This document shows positions 25,465-37,530 of a stretch of 64,000 nt of DNA, piece by piece. Numbering within the stretch: the stretch's first letter is position 1; each line of letters begins with the position of its first letter. Both the position numbers and the translations under genes were made by a program. The notes beneath the pieces are model-generated. The model saw only the letters and a list, made by a program, of their open reading frames with translations, was not told the origin of the DNA and ran no database searches. Source of the DNA: Lama glama (lineage: Eukaryota); NCBI GenBank assembly GCA_028534125.1, contig CM052832.1:19408001-19472000 (forward strand). The letters are read 5' to 3'.

Positions 25465-26093
25465 GTAAGTTTGTTGTTATTATTATTATATTGCTATTAT
25501 TGATTATCATTATCTTAGGGCTGTGATACAATTTTAATTTGTAAACAGATCCAGTTGCTTGCCTGGGCCCACAGAAGATACCCCTTATTGTCATATATGA
25601 GGGTTTTCAAAGAAGACTTTCTGTGCATGAGAGATGCTGCTGTTTTTCATGCTTAATTTCTATTTGTAATTAGAGATCGTGCTGCGAGGATATGTGTTTT
25701 GAGATAAAATACATCTTGAAGTGGTCTTACGAGAAAAGGTAAATTTTACCATCCTGTGATCCTACCAAAAGTGCATTTTTACCAACCACTATTAACATTG
25801 GTCTCTTTTATTTGTGTCTACAACCTTTGTCCACGTTTATGACAAGTTACTTTTAGTCAGAGATCACTTTTCCCAAAAAGATGTTTCACTGATTTTACTC
25901 ATATCCAAAAGAATACTAAACACACACACACACTGTACCAGTAAACATGTAACAAAATTAATTATATCTTGAATAACCAGGCGAAATGTGGTATAAAATA
26001 ATTTTTAAAATGTTTGCATTCGTACAAGATTTCCAGGTAAAAATGTGATAAACTAGTGACGTGTGCCATCAGAATTGTGAATTTCCATCTCGG

Positions 26094-26476
26094 TTTTTTT
26101 ATGAAGACAGGCTCTTTTTGGTTTTATTTTGAGCGTGTTCTCAGTGGGGCAGGCACATACAAGTGGAGTGGTGCAGTGGGCAGGAATGGCTGGCTGGCTG
26201 GGACATGGCCCATGGAGTGGCTGCTTCTCCTTGCCCCTGGGACCCACTCACCCCCGCAGAAGGACATGCTGGGTGGCCCTGGACAAGGATGAGTGGGGTC
26301 AGATTTCAGGTTCATGGCCAGAGCTCCATCTTCCACCTGGGAGCTCCAGCTAACGTCACTGTCCACATGAAGAGGCACATTAGAATTCTCACTCACATGG
26401 GCTTCACAGCTGAGAAGAGGCAGGAACTTGTCAGAGGGTTTAGAAGAAGCTGCACAGGTGATGAAAGGTCAGAAGA
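26094..26476 (-). pseudogene. Candidate 5'-truncated retrocopy (3' end of an unidentified mRNA)
   Basis: GC-rich block in an AT-rich intron. On the minus strand AATAAA (26128-26123) lies 22 nt before an A7 run (26100-26094). The upstream part reads PFITCAASSKPSDKFLPLLSCEAHVSENSNVPLHVD. Parent gene not recognised. Confidence 0.5.
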
Positions 26477-26771
26477 AAGTTCGTTTGTCTTTTATTTTTT
26501 AGATTCTACATATGAGTGATATCATATGGTATTTTTCTTTCTCTTTCTGGCTTACTTCACTTAGAATGACAATCTCCATGTCCATCCATGTTGCTGCAAA
26601 TGACATTATGTTATTTCTTTTTATGGCTGAGTAGTGTTCCATTGTATAAATATACCACAACTTCTTTATCCAGTCATCTGTCGATGGACATTTAGGTTGT
26701 TTCTGTGTCTTGGCTATTGTATATAGAGCTGCTATGACATTGGGATGCATGTATCTTTTTCAGTTAGAATT
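26477..26771 (-). mobile_element. L1 fragment: ORF2 C-terminus plus about 20 nt of 3' UTR, relatively young
   Basis: ORF 26499..26750 (IAALYTIAKTQKQPKCPSTDDWIKKLWYIYTMEHYSAIK...ILSEVSQKEKEKYHMISLICRI*) is the typical L1 ORF2p C-terminus and is uninterrupted. Confidence 0.93.
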
Positions 26772-28134
26772 CATAGAGGGTTTATTTTAATTAGTATATA
26801 CTAGATTGTCTATGGACTATGTCTTACTAGTTTTTTTTTTAACCCCAACAACTAGCACAGGTCTGACAGATGTGAGACACTGATAAAAATTGATGAATGA
26901 ATGGTGGAAATTACAAAATGGATGTCTCTGTAACACTTAAAAACCCACTAAGAGACAGGACTCAAACTATTCATGAGTTATTTTTGATTAAAGGCTTTTA
27001 TGAAATGTTACTTGCTTAGTTTCTGTGAGACTCTTTCTAGTTTATGAAAATCCCAACTCCCATTTCCAATGTATTTTTAAAAAGCCTTTAGATTTAGTAG
27101 TCGTCCCTCAGAAGAAAGGGGACCATCATTGTTCCAGGTTATCTCATTTGTAGAAACTTGGGAACACATGAGGCGGAATCAGTGTTTCTCTCCGTCCTAG
27201 GAAAGTAACCTTTATTAAAAAGTTGAATTTTCAGTATTTTTGCTTTTGCAGAAATTCACAAATAGTTTTCAATAAGAGTTGTATCGTGGAGGTGAAAATA
27301 ACAAAACCACGTGGAACACTGAAGCGAGTCCCATTTTTTAAAGTGCTAAGAACGGGCAGAAGCCCTCAGCTGTTCTGTGTCTTCAGAGAAACCCGCAGCT
27401 GTTTCTGTTAATTGCCCAAACTCTGTACATTCTGCGATGTAGTTTTATCATATGCAGATTATAGGTTTTTGACGGCTGTATCTCAATGGTACACAGAACG
27501 ACGGCTGGTATCTTTCATATGAGGGTTTGGGGAATTTTTTTCCCCCGGTAGAAGGCTTATACCATTGATCTAGAAGCATATATAAGAGTTTAGATGAAGC
27601 ATTTTTTACCTTTTCATCTTGATAGAAAGAACATATGACCTGGAAAATGAATCTTGGCTTCCAAAAACAATTTTCCCAGGGAAAATGAAGAAAAGATTTT
27701 GCATAGTTTATGAGATTAAATCGTCACTTGATAAGTTGAAGAATATTAGCTTAAATCCATACTTTTTCCTCCCCTCTTTCAGTTTTATTAGGTAGAATTA
27801 TTGAAAATTGAGCTATTTCTCCTTATCAGATCCCCCTCCAGATGCCTTTAGCTATAGACATTTTCTAGGTTATATAATCAAAAGTATCTTTCTTTATTGC
27901 TCCTCTTTCCTCTTTTTTTTTTTTAACTTCTGCAACATCCATATTCATTTATTACTGCAGTTGCTTTTTGCTTTAATGACATCTATTTTAGTAATTAGAA
28001 CCAAGTGTGTGATTTTGGATATTCATGTCTCCAGAAAGCTCTTATTCTTCAGAAAGGGAAAAGCAATAAGGACTTGAAGTAAAATGAAAGGGAAGGTGTG
28101 TAGTGAGTCAAGATAATGAGTCAAAAATCCAAGA

Positions 28135-28260
28135 ATTTAATACTGTATTGAATATTTGAATGTTGCTAAGAGAGTATATCTTTAAAGTTCTCATCACAAG
28201 GAAAAAAGCTAGACTTATTGTGGCGATCATTTCTCAATATGCACAAATATCAAATACAAA
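28135..28260 (+). mobile_element. L1 3' UTR fragment (L1MA/MB-type)
   Basis: aatactgtattgaatatttgaatgttgctaagagagtatatctttaaagttctcatcacaag is characteristic L1 3' UTR sequence. Confidence 0.7.
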
Positions 28261-30091
28261 CTGCAAGAATTCGATTTTAGAGATGAAATGTAGTCTTTTT
28301 TTCTGCTTAAAAATATTTTAAATTTGGAACCAGGTAATCTACTCAATTTTATTTCAGAGTGTTAAATTTTAGAGTTAGGATGTGTATCTATGATGCCTTC
28401 ATAACATATGTTAAATTGTGCAAATCTTTGATCTGGTATTCTTTACTGTTCTCACATTTATTAGGAAAAAGGGACTTTGTAGGCTGCCTTGATTTTTGTT
28501 ATAATTACAACTGTGGTCATTCGCTTTGTCCTTTTCTCTTTATTTTTAACTGCTCATATTTACTGATATTCTGATGGCTAATGCTTCATGAATGAGCAGT
28601 GTTGATATCAGTCTGTAGATGGCAACCTAGGTCTAATTTTATTTCTTTTTCTTTTTTCCTTTTTTCCTGACTAGGTTTCTCTCTGTAATAGTAAGGCTTA
28701 ATAATTCAAGCAAAGCAGTGACATATTTCTTCAGGGAAACAAATCCCATTTTCTTTTGGTAGCCAAAATGCAAAATGAGATGGGTTGGTGATTGATGAAG
28801 TTGGGTATGCAATGCATGTTTAATGCTGCATTTAAATATCAGCTTAACTGACCAGCATTATGTTTTCCTTACACTTTCCACTTGGGCGGTGCCTTGACAT
28901 AGGTTTCAGAGGCTGTTAACTAGCTACACTCTCTTCTCTGAGCAAAATTGTAATGATGATCGCTTCCAAATAGTGTTTTGGGGATTGATTTTATTCACTG
29001 ATATTTTAAATATTTTCTATGTGAAAAACTTAGTGTTTTTAGAACCCTTGGAACACAGGAAGTATGTGAGTTTCAGGCTTCTTAGAAATTTTGGAAAAGC
29101 CGTAGAGGTAATAGCCTGGCCTACATTGCTATGGTTTACATGGTATTGATAATTATAAGTACTTTTTAAAAGTGTTAAAATATAAGCAAAATCAAGACTT
29201 GTTTTCTTCTGAAGGATGTGACTTTCCTCCTATTTGTATGGGTAGGTGGGCGTGTGCGTGCTCATGTACGTGGACCAGTGCCCTGAACGCAGTTCCTGGC
29301 TTGTTCCCAGCATCGTTCAGTGACTGCTCCCCAGGAACCTGTGATGTTTAGACTCCCAGTGAATGATAGGGAGGGAGCAGGTGCAGTGCCAGGAAAGGAT
29401 GTCTGAATACTGTGACCTTGCTGAGTGACTGGCCTTGGGCAGGCATGCTCTTGGATTCTGTAATAGCTACTGTCTGCACGCGGTCTGCTGCGTCGCCCTG
29501 AGCGTGAGACACTCCTACAATCCATCCTCAGAGTCACATCCCGGGGCACTGAGACTCGAGCTTCTTTGCTTCAGCTGATGGACCGGCTTGGGCACTTGCC
29601 TGGTTCCCAGTCACAGGAGAGTCAAGATAAAAGAGGAAACATATTTTCCAAGTGTGCTCTCCCAAGTCTCACCTGCTAAGGGGTGTCATGTATTGGACGA
29701 AAGTACATAAGAAGGGGCCAAGATGATTTCACAAACAGGGCACTGGCTGTGTTTAAGAAGCTGAGGAAGATGTACGATTCCTTGGTGTCTGCTGCCACCA
29801 CTGACTGTCACCACGTACTGACTCTGTGACAGGGAAAATACTGGTCTCTATTCCTTTGTGGATCGGAACTTACCATGTCAGTGGCGATAGTACTGTGGGG
29901 TATGGGTCAAGTTTTGCTGTGATGAGTACTAGTGTGATAAAAATTTGTAAAATAAGCATTTTTCTGTGCCTCAGTGACCCTTGTTGGAATGACGTATCAT
30001 ATAACAAAAATCTAGTACAGCCAGGGATTTTAGTAATTTCTTGAAGTTTTATTGCAATTTGAATTCTATTAATAAATATTTGTTTAGGATC

Positions 30092-30401
30092 CAGGCATAC
30101 TTCGGAGTGCTTGCAGGCTGGGTTCCAGACTACCACAATGAAACAAATGTCTCAATAAAGCAAACACGAATATTTTAGTTTCTCAGTGTAGATAAAAGTT
30201 ATGTTTATACTCTACACTACAGCATACATACCCTGTTAAGGGTGCAATAGCATTATGTCTAAAAATGTATATACCTTAATTAAAAAATATGTTGTTGGTA
30301 AAAAAAATGCTAACCATCATCTGACAATGCAGGGTTGCCACTAACCTTCAGTTTGTAAAAGTCGCAGTGTCTGTGAAGTGCAGTAAAACGAGGTCGACCT
30401 G
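30092..30401 (+). mobile_element. Internally deleted Tigger1 (non-autonomous TcMar-Tigger element)
   Basis: Starts caggcatacttcgg and ends aaaacgaggtcgacctg (degenerate Tigger1 TIRs). The Tigger1 5' region is joined directly to the 3' region (cagggttgccactaaccttcagtttgtaaaa). Confidence 0.85.
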
Positions 30402-30580
30402 TGTAGACTTGGCTGTTCACTTTCAGCTGAGAGATTGAAAAATTAGAGGCTGGCTGAATACCAGTGAGATGTTTATCTCAGTTTGAGAGGAGTGAGATCC
30501 TAGCCCTTTTTAGAAAAGATTCTTTTCGAATCCTGCCTTCTTACTTTGTGCACTGGATGGAGAAGCACTCGATGCTGAGA

Positions 30581-30602
30581 GTGTGTGTGTGTGTGTGTGT
30601 GT
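30581..30602. repeat. (GT)n microsatellite
   Basis: About 11 perfect GT units. Confidence 0.95.
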
Positions 30603-30620
30603 CCCATCCATTATGCCTAC

Positions 30621-30819
30621 GTTTTTTTTTTTAATTGAAGTACAGTCAGTTACAATGTGTCAATTTCTGGTGTACAGCACAGTGTCCCAGTCATGCACAT
30701 ACGTACATATACTCATTGTCATATTCTTTTTCATTAAAGGTTATTACAAGGTATTGAATATAGTTCCCTGTGCTATACAGAAGAAACTTCTTTAAAAAAA
30801 ATCTATTTTTATATACAGT
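30621..30819 (-). mobile_element. Young 5'-truncated L1 insertion with TSD
   Basis: T-run then L1 3' end (aattgaagtacagtcagttacaatgtgtc...gaatatagttccctgtgctatacag). TSD cattatgcctac at 30609-30620 and 30820-30831. Confidence 0.92.
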
Positions 30820-32789
30820 CATTATGCCTACATTTGTGGTGACAATTAAAATTAAGGGTGACAAATTCCAAACACTGAGTAATGGTACAATTCTGATACC
30901 CATGCTTTAGAGCATCTCAATTGTGAATTTTAACCTGACACTTCATAAGCTTCATCATCTATAAATCCTCAGAAGTAGATAAACAGCATTTTTCCAGTTT
31001 TACAAATGGAGGAAAAAGAGGAGAAACCATTCTTTCCAGAGTCAAAGTGTTTACCGATGGCTAGTGATTTCTGGAAAATGCCACGCTGACATGTAGCTGG
31101 CTAAGAGGTGGACACCCCCGTGGGATTGTCCGGAGGGCGCGGATGCTGGGAGTGCAGTGGGAGGAGTGAGGGCGGCTTTCATGCGTCTGGTCTTCGACGT
31201 GTCTTCTTTAGTGATGTGTGCTGATGTGTCACAGTCAACCCAGTAGCTTATCTGAGAGATTTTGAGGAGTTCCATTTTCTCCTCTTCCATTCTTCCATTT
31301 TCCGTGTTCCCTTCGTAGATGGGGATGATTGATTTGAGCCTTTGCTTTTTTGTACGTGGTAGGAGTTAGTTATTACTAACCAAGTGATTTTCCTCTTCTG
31401 CAGTGTGGTATAATAATGCGTCTTTCCTCTTGTGTACACCAGACTGGGCTGAGTCCAAGTCTTCAGCATTCAGACCCACTTTTTTTCAGTATTTGGGAAC
31501 CTTAAAGAAGGTGGATATTTTTTGAGGTTGACCTTTAGTTTATTCATCAAATGGCCACATCCTATTTTTTTTTAGTAGTTACTTCAATATCCAAGGACTT
31601 AAGCTCTTGTATCCCAAGTTTGTCAGTGAACCTGAATTTCCTTCCCCAAGTTTCATGAATCCTGGGACTTAGGAACCCACCCCCTTTCCGAGATAACGTT
31701 TCCTCGATAAACGTTTACTGCACGCTTACTCTGTACCGCACTTTGCTAATCGCCAGTGCAACTCCATTTTCTCTCCTGTGTACTAATTGCTCAGCACGTC
31801 CACATTTTCCTCCAGGAGTCATAATTATATCTTTATCAAGAAATTCACCTGGAGAAGTTTTTGTAGAAGCAATTTCTTTCTCCATTTCACTGACCAGACT
31901 CCATTCGGCACCCATAAATGCCAAAATGTGCTTATGTTTTAAGCATCGACAGTTTCTTCCTGCTTCGTATTATGTCATCTCCTAGGGCTCTGAGTCAGTT
32001 TCGCCAACGTAGAAAGTAGCCACGCAGTAGCTGAGAACAAGGCCATTGCTGCTTAAATGCATTGAGTATGACGTCTGGAACGATTTCTAGTACCACTTGG
32101 TACGACGCGATGGGGGAGGGATGTTTCCCTCCCTCGTATAAACGCTGCAGCTCCTTTGTAGACTGTGGCTAGTTTTTATATGAACTCTATTTTTATTCTT
32201 CCCAGTTATCTTAATTGTTCTGGAGAGGAGATACACACTTTACTGCAAATCACTATGCAGTGTGCTCGCCCAGTGGGGAAAAAGATAAAGGGAAACTATG
32301 TAGAGAGTACTTCTGAGCTTTGGAGGTTTAAAGCTCTCCACTTATTCTTATTTTATGCAAGTAGGTGAGAATACCACATTGTTTCTGTGAAGTTGGGCAA
32401 GGTTTCATTCCTTTAAAGGCCTTTATAAGAACCACTTTCCCCCGGGAGGTCAGTCAGCGGAGCTGACAGGCATCTTCTGCCCCTGCACACGTCTGTCACC
32501 TTTGGACTGATGGTAGCTGGCTTTCTCCCGGGCTGTGTTGTGCTTCATGGTCAGGGTGCCAGCACAGAGGGGGAGTCGCTTTACGGAGGGTGCTTGCGCC
32601 ATAGGAAGAGACAAGAAGCCTCCTCCCAGTTGGCCGAGGACAACTCCCACGGCCCTGGCTGGGAAGCCCGGCACCCTGCACGGCTTCCTGGCCCCTTGGG
32701 GTCACACGGAGCTTCGGGATGATCGTAAGGTGGAGGCTCATACCCAGCGAACCTACCGTCATTTCCTGAAGTGTCTGAAGATATCTTCA

Positions 32790-32935
32790 GCATATGCTCT
32801 TATTTAATTTTTAGTTTGGGTAGACATAGAATTCCTGGTTGGAAGTACTTTTCACTGAGAATTTCAATATTACTTCACTACCTTTTTACTTTCATTGTTG
32901 CCATTAAGCAGTCTGATGCCATCCTTCTTCCTCTT
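32790..32935 (-). mobile_element. Old L1 fragment
   Basis: gggtagacatagaattcctggttggaagtacttttc...ttgccattaagcagtctgatgcc resembles antisense L1M5/L1ME ORF1-region sequence. Confidence 0.55.
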
Positions 32936-32954
32936 AATTTCAGTTTCCCCAAAA

Positions 32955-33400
32955 CTTTGCTTAATAGGTGAGGATCTAAGAGAAGGAATTGGGTGCAAGT
33001 AGTTCATTTTGGAGGTGGTCCCAGAAAGCCTGGGCAGGTAAGACATGGAAGCTAATAAAAGGGGTATTGAATCAAGTCCCCTGGGGGCAACTGAGGCTCT
33101 ATCTTGCTGGAACCTTCTGAGAGAGTGTATGAAACACATCTCAGCATTGCCCCATGCAGGGATGAGGAAGCTGGGACATCTGCCTGCCATTTCCTGTTCT
33201 GCATTAGTTGAGGGTTGTTCTTGGAACGCTAACTCCCTGGTACTCTGGCCTGTCTCACACTCAGGCCGAACAAGCTTCTTTGGCCAGAGAAAGTTCTAGG
33301 GCAGAGACTCTGGACCTTGAGGTAGGAAGGCCTGGGAGTGTATGGGAACTGTCCACCAAAGCTTCCCTAGACCTTTGGGTTGGTTGACAAGGTTAAGGGC
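32955..33400 (-). mobile_element. Ancient ERVL-type LTR (LTR33/LTR16-like)
   Basis: gggtgcaagtagttcattttggaggtggtcccagaaagc...gggggcaactgaggctc...gagagagtgtatgaaacac motif order recalled from ERVL LTRs. Confidence 0.6.
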
Positions 33401-33910
33401 AGGGAATCAGAGGAGGATTTCCCAGAGGTAGGGAAATGGAGAAGGCCTGCTGTAGACAAGGAGGGAAACAGTGGTGGACCTGACAGTCTTTGGCAGTGGG
33501 ATAGAGAGGAGAGGGCAGCTTTGAGAAATATGCAGGAGACAGATTAAATATGACCTGAGATCATAAGGGAAGGTGGGAGACAGTAAGCAGGATCCAAGGG
33601 GACATTGAGTATTTGGCCTGGGTACCAAGGGAGATGGTTGGTGTCATTAACTTCCAGGAAATGTGCACAACAGGAGGGAAAGGCTGTACATGTTGAGTTA
33701 AGGGACTTAAATGGCATCTAACGGAGGTGGACATGGATCAACTAGAAAGGGAAAGACTTCCTCTTGCAGGCGGAGATCTGGGGGTCAGACAGGTGAGAGT
33801 TGAGGCCAAGGTGAAGGAGAGATGCCCAGGGAGGACTCATAGATTTAGAAGAAAAGGGCCAACCTTAACTCTTAAGGAGCAAGTACAGGAGGAGGACGTG
33901 AAGAAGTAGA
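33400..33910 (-). mobile_element. L2 remnant
   Basis: ggcagtggggatagagagg...tttggcctgggtacc...gatggttggtgtcattaac...ggagatctgggggtcagac, an L2 antisense pattern. Confidence 0.6.
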
Positions 33911-34827
33911 AATGAAAAACCTTTGGTTAGCACTTACACCTCTATTTACCTCGCTTGTTTTATGGGACAAACACAGAAGGGTAAGTGGAAATCATATTCA
34001 TAAATGGAAATCATCATGTCCATTTTACAGATTCGAAGACTAAGGTGCAGGAAGGTTTAGTATCTTGCAGTCTTCAGCAAGCTGGAAGGCTTTTAATGAA
34101 TGACAGCTATTTCTTTCCAGGGTAACACAGCATGTGAACTGAGGTCCTTTGTCCCTAAGTTTAGAGTTTTCCCCATGATTACAGACTTAATCAGACTTTA
34201 TAGTTGCCTCCAGCCTAAGTGTGTTAGAGCAATGCTGTATATATTTTATATAAAGCTAAGACCAAACGCAAGGCACAGAACTCTGCATCTTATTGGTGTG
34301 GTGATCTTCCATACCGTGTCCCTAGGGCAGTGTTATAAACCTTGTGTGCACAGCACCTGGAAAAGTAAAAATGCATTAACGTCTCAGATCAAAAACAGAG
34401 GCAGAGTCATTCTGTAGAGTAATTGAACGGCAAAAAATAATAGCAAGAAAATGGATTTAAGCTGTACATAATGAGGGATTTGAAGAAAATGATGGTTCAG
34501 AATTCTAAAATTGCTTTTTTGTGCGAGGTGAAAATTTTGCGGTTGGAAAATGAATGACTAGTCCTCTACAACTGTAAAACTACCAAAAAGATCCAACTGA
34601 ACAAATAGACAGTTCCCATGTCAGACTAGACCAAGAATGTAATAGGAGCAAAAGGGAACAATGACTGTTTTTCTTAATTAAATAGAAGAATACTATCATC
34701 CAGCCCTCACTGGCATCAAAGTTCTTAATGATTCCATCTAGTTTTGGAATGAGTAGTGTGGGCTGTCATTGTCCTGGGAGACAAGAAGAGTAACCACTCA
34801 GGACAAATCTTAAAAGGGACTGGTAGT

Positions 34828-34921
34828 GGGAGGGTGTAGCTCAGGCGTAGAGCACCTGCTTAGCATACACGAGGTCCTGGGTTCAAGCCCCAGTACCCCC
34901 ATTAAAAATAAATTTAAAAAG
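34828..34921 (+). mobile_element. Vic-1-type tRNA-derived SINE (camelid)
   Basis: gggagggtgtagctcaggcgtagagcacctgcttagcatacacgaggtcctgggttcaagccccagtacccccattaaaaataaa: tRNA-like A/B boxes followed by an A-rich tail. Confidence 0.9.
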
Positions 34922-37084
34922 AAAAGGAATCAGTAAGCACCATGACTGACACATGGTCCCCAGATTTTCTCCAGCATTTCCATCCTAGAATGTTTGAGAT
35001 TCATTACATTTTCAATTTGGTGAGGTTTGCCAACTAAAGCAAGAGTTCCAGATCTAATTGCTGCAGAACTCGATAGCATTTAGATGGATAAATTCACCCC
35101 TTAGGAAGTTTTTATTTTCTGAGCAAGCCTGAGACAGAAGGGACAAAGAAATAAAAAGTTTCTGTAGCAGGCAGACGGCTATAAGGCAGTTTTTCATTTG
35201 TGAGGCAGGCTTCCTGTCTCCTTTTCAGAAATTAGTTGGGAGAATCATCAAATTCTCTTTAGACTTTATTCCCAGGTTGACCCTGGGGTTATAATTTAGA
35301 AGCACGATGATGGTTATTTAGCATTTTTATCATAATGGAACATTAAGGAAAGTGAATGAGAAAACACTTTTATGAAGTAGAAAGTGCCTGAAGAGGCTAG
35401 TGGTTAATAGCAATATCTCTAATAGTAAGGAGATAAAAATTAGTTTGGAATGATCTCCAAGTCTGAAATGAGGAACCTTAGTACCTGGAATGAGGGAGCC
35501 TGGAGATGGGGAGGTGGAGGACCCCATTATTCATTCATACTGCCCCAAGCAGCTGCCTTCTTATGGCTCCCTTCCCTCTCCCTTCCAAGTCTCACTTGAC
35601 TTCCTAGTCTCAAGCTCAAAGCTGAAGAAGTCTGCAGAAAGACAAAGAAGCTAAAGAAAGTTAGTAGGCTTAGAAAGAACTAGAAGGAGAGAGACAAAGA
35701 AAAGGGTCAGCTGAGCAGACAAAATCATTTCTTCTAAAAACATTAAAAAAACTAAGAATAACCTTGAGCATCCATTCTCTTTCACTCCAGCTAGTTTCTA
35801 GGTTAACCTCCTGGCTCTACCTTGCTCCATTGCATTTTATCGTCAGCATGATGAGTCCTTTCCTTGGAGGAGAGGCATAAAAATGAGGAAAAAATGTGGT
35901 TTTCTTCTCATGAAGATTAAAATTGAGTTGGGGACTGAAAAGCGCCTTTAGGTCAAGGTAGGATATGTCAGGTGGCAGAATGGGGTCCCTGTAAAAGACT
36001 CTGAGAGCAGGGGAGAGAGGATAAATCTGACTTTGGGAATTGATATTTGAGAGAGGAAGTTCTGGCCAGATAAGTTGGGGGCGGGGGGAGGAAAACCAGG
36101 ACTGAATTCAGCATTTAAATCTCTAATGCATTTTAAGCCCAGAGTAGTCAAATGTTAAGCAATCCTCCAAATTGGGATGGTGATTTAATTTAACATAAGC
36201 AAGAAGGGGAGCGATTCCACGAATTTGTTCATTGGACAATGGAGAACTGCTGTAATTTTTTGTTTGTTTGTTTGGTGGTGGGGGCTTTTCCTTGATGGTT
36301 TAATCTTATAATGTTATTTTTATATCCTTGTTCAGATTAACTCAGAAGTTCCTGCGTACTCTTCTCAAAAATCATTATGGTGACTGAACATCGCTGTTTA
36401 TGCTAAAGGACATTTGCCCATAAGAGCAACAAAAATTGTGACTTTTCCTTAAAGTGACCAACAGACTTTCATTTTTCATTATTCTGTGTCCCTAACTAAG
36501 AAAGGCCCTTAACATATTCTCATCAGTCTCCTTACGGACTTGACACTGGAATTTGTTGCCAGGCTCAACCACTTTTCTTAGATGAAGGGTTCTATTTTTG
36601 ACTTAAAATGTCTACCTTGATTTCTCACAGGCTTCCTACACACACACATTAAAAAAATCATTCTCCAGGCCCTGAATTGTCTCTGTATCCTTAGTTTCCT
36701 TCACATAGTCCCCGTCTCAGAGGACCGCAGAGGCGGAAACTCGGGAGCGATGTGTGTTGCTGGGCAGGGATCAGAGGAGGAGTTTACAGTTTCTGCCGGC
36801 TTGAGGTGGTATTCAGGACACCCCGAGTCCCTCCCCCTTCCTTCTAACCCCCTCCACATCACCCCATTCCATCATTTTAATCTTGTTCACTTTAGAGTCA
36901 GCCTAGACTTGTTCATGTCCCTCATCCTCCACACTCAGTCAGGGCTAATTTGCACTGATTTTACCTTCCGAGAGTCTCTTGGATCTGGTCCTCCTCACCT
37001 GGTCCTTCTGGATTTAAACTGCGTATTTTTCATGCAGACTCCAGGCTTCTAGGTCTCCTGAGCTCCCTCCCAGGCTACCCTTCA

Positions 37085-37530
37085 TAGCTCTACTGGCAGT
37101 GTCCTAAATCCGCAAAACTGCTCTAGTGAAATTCCTTCAGGAGCTTCTCACTTTCATGGCCTTTCTTACCAACCAGCCTCATCTTCCACCACCAGCTTCT
37201 TGCATGCATATTGGGCATACAGAACTTTCCAGAGTTTTCTGAATTCCATGAGCCATTACCATGTCCTTTGCATGTGCCTAGAATACCCTCCCAATTCCCC
37301 TCAACTTCTCTGTAAGACTCACTGTGGCATCATCCCTTCTATAAAATTGGTTCCAACATCCTCAGCCTTGAGCCTTTGCTCAGTCTACCTCCGACAGCAG
37401 GACACGACTTTACCGCAGTGCGTGTTACATCACAGTAGAACCATTTCTTCTCATGCCCTTCTCCACTGGCCCATGGACAATTTGCGAGCCAGGACTTCTT
37501 ATCATTGGCTTGTTCATCTTTGTGGGCCCA
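37085..37530 (+). mobile_element. L2 remnant
   Basis: Pyrimidine-rich L2 3' pattern (cagcctcatcttcc...tcctttgcatgtgcctagaataccc...ggcatcatcccttc...ttgttcatctttgtg). Confidence 0.55.

Noticed and set aside
28104..28123. Tandem AP-1 sites (tgagtca twice, 13 bp apart)
   Set aside because: A 7-mer motif occurs many times in the window and there is no other evidence of an enhancer.
34828..34900. tRNA gene
   Set aside because: It has tRNA-like A/B boxes but a mismatched acceptor stem, an A-rich tail and a diverged second copy at 16061-16206, which indicates a SINE.
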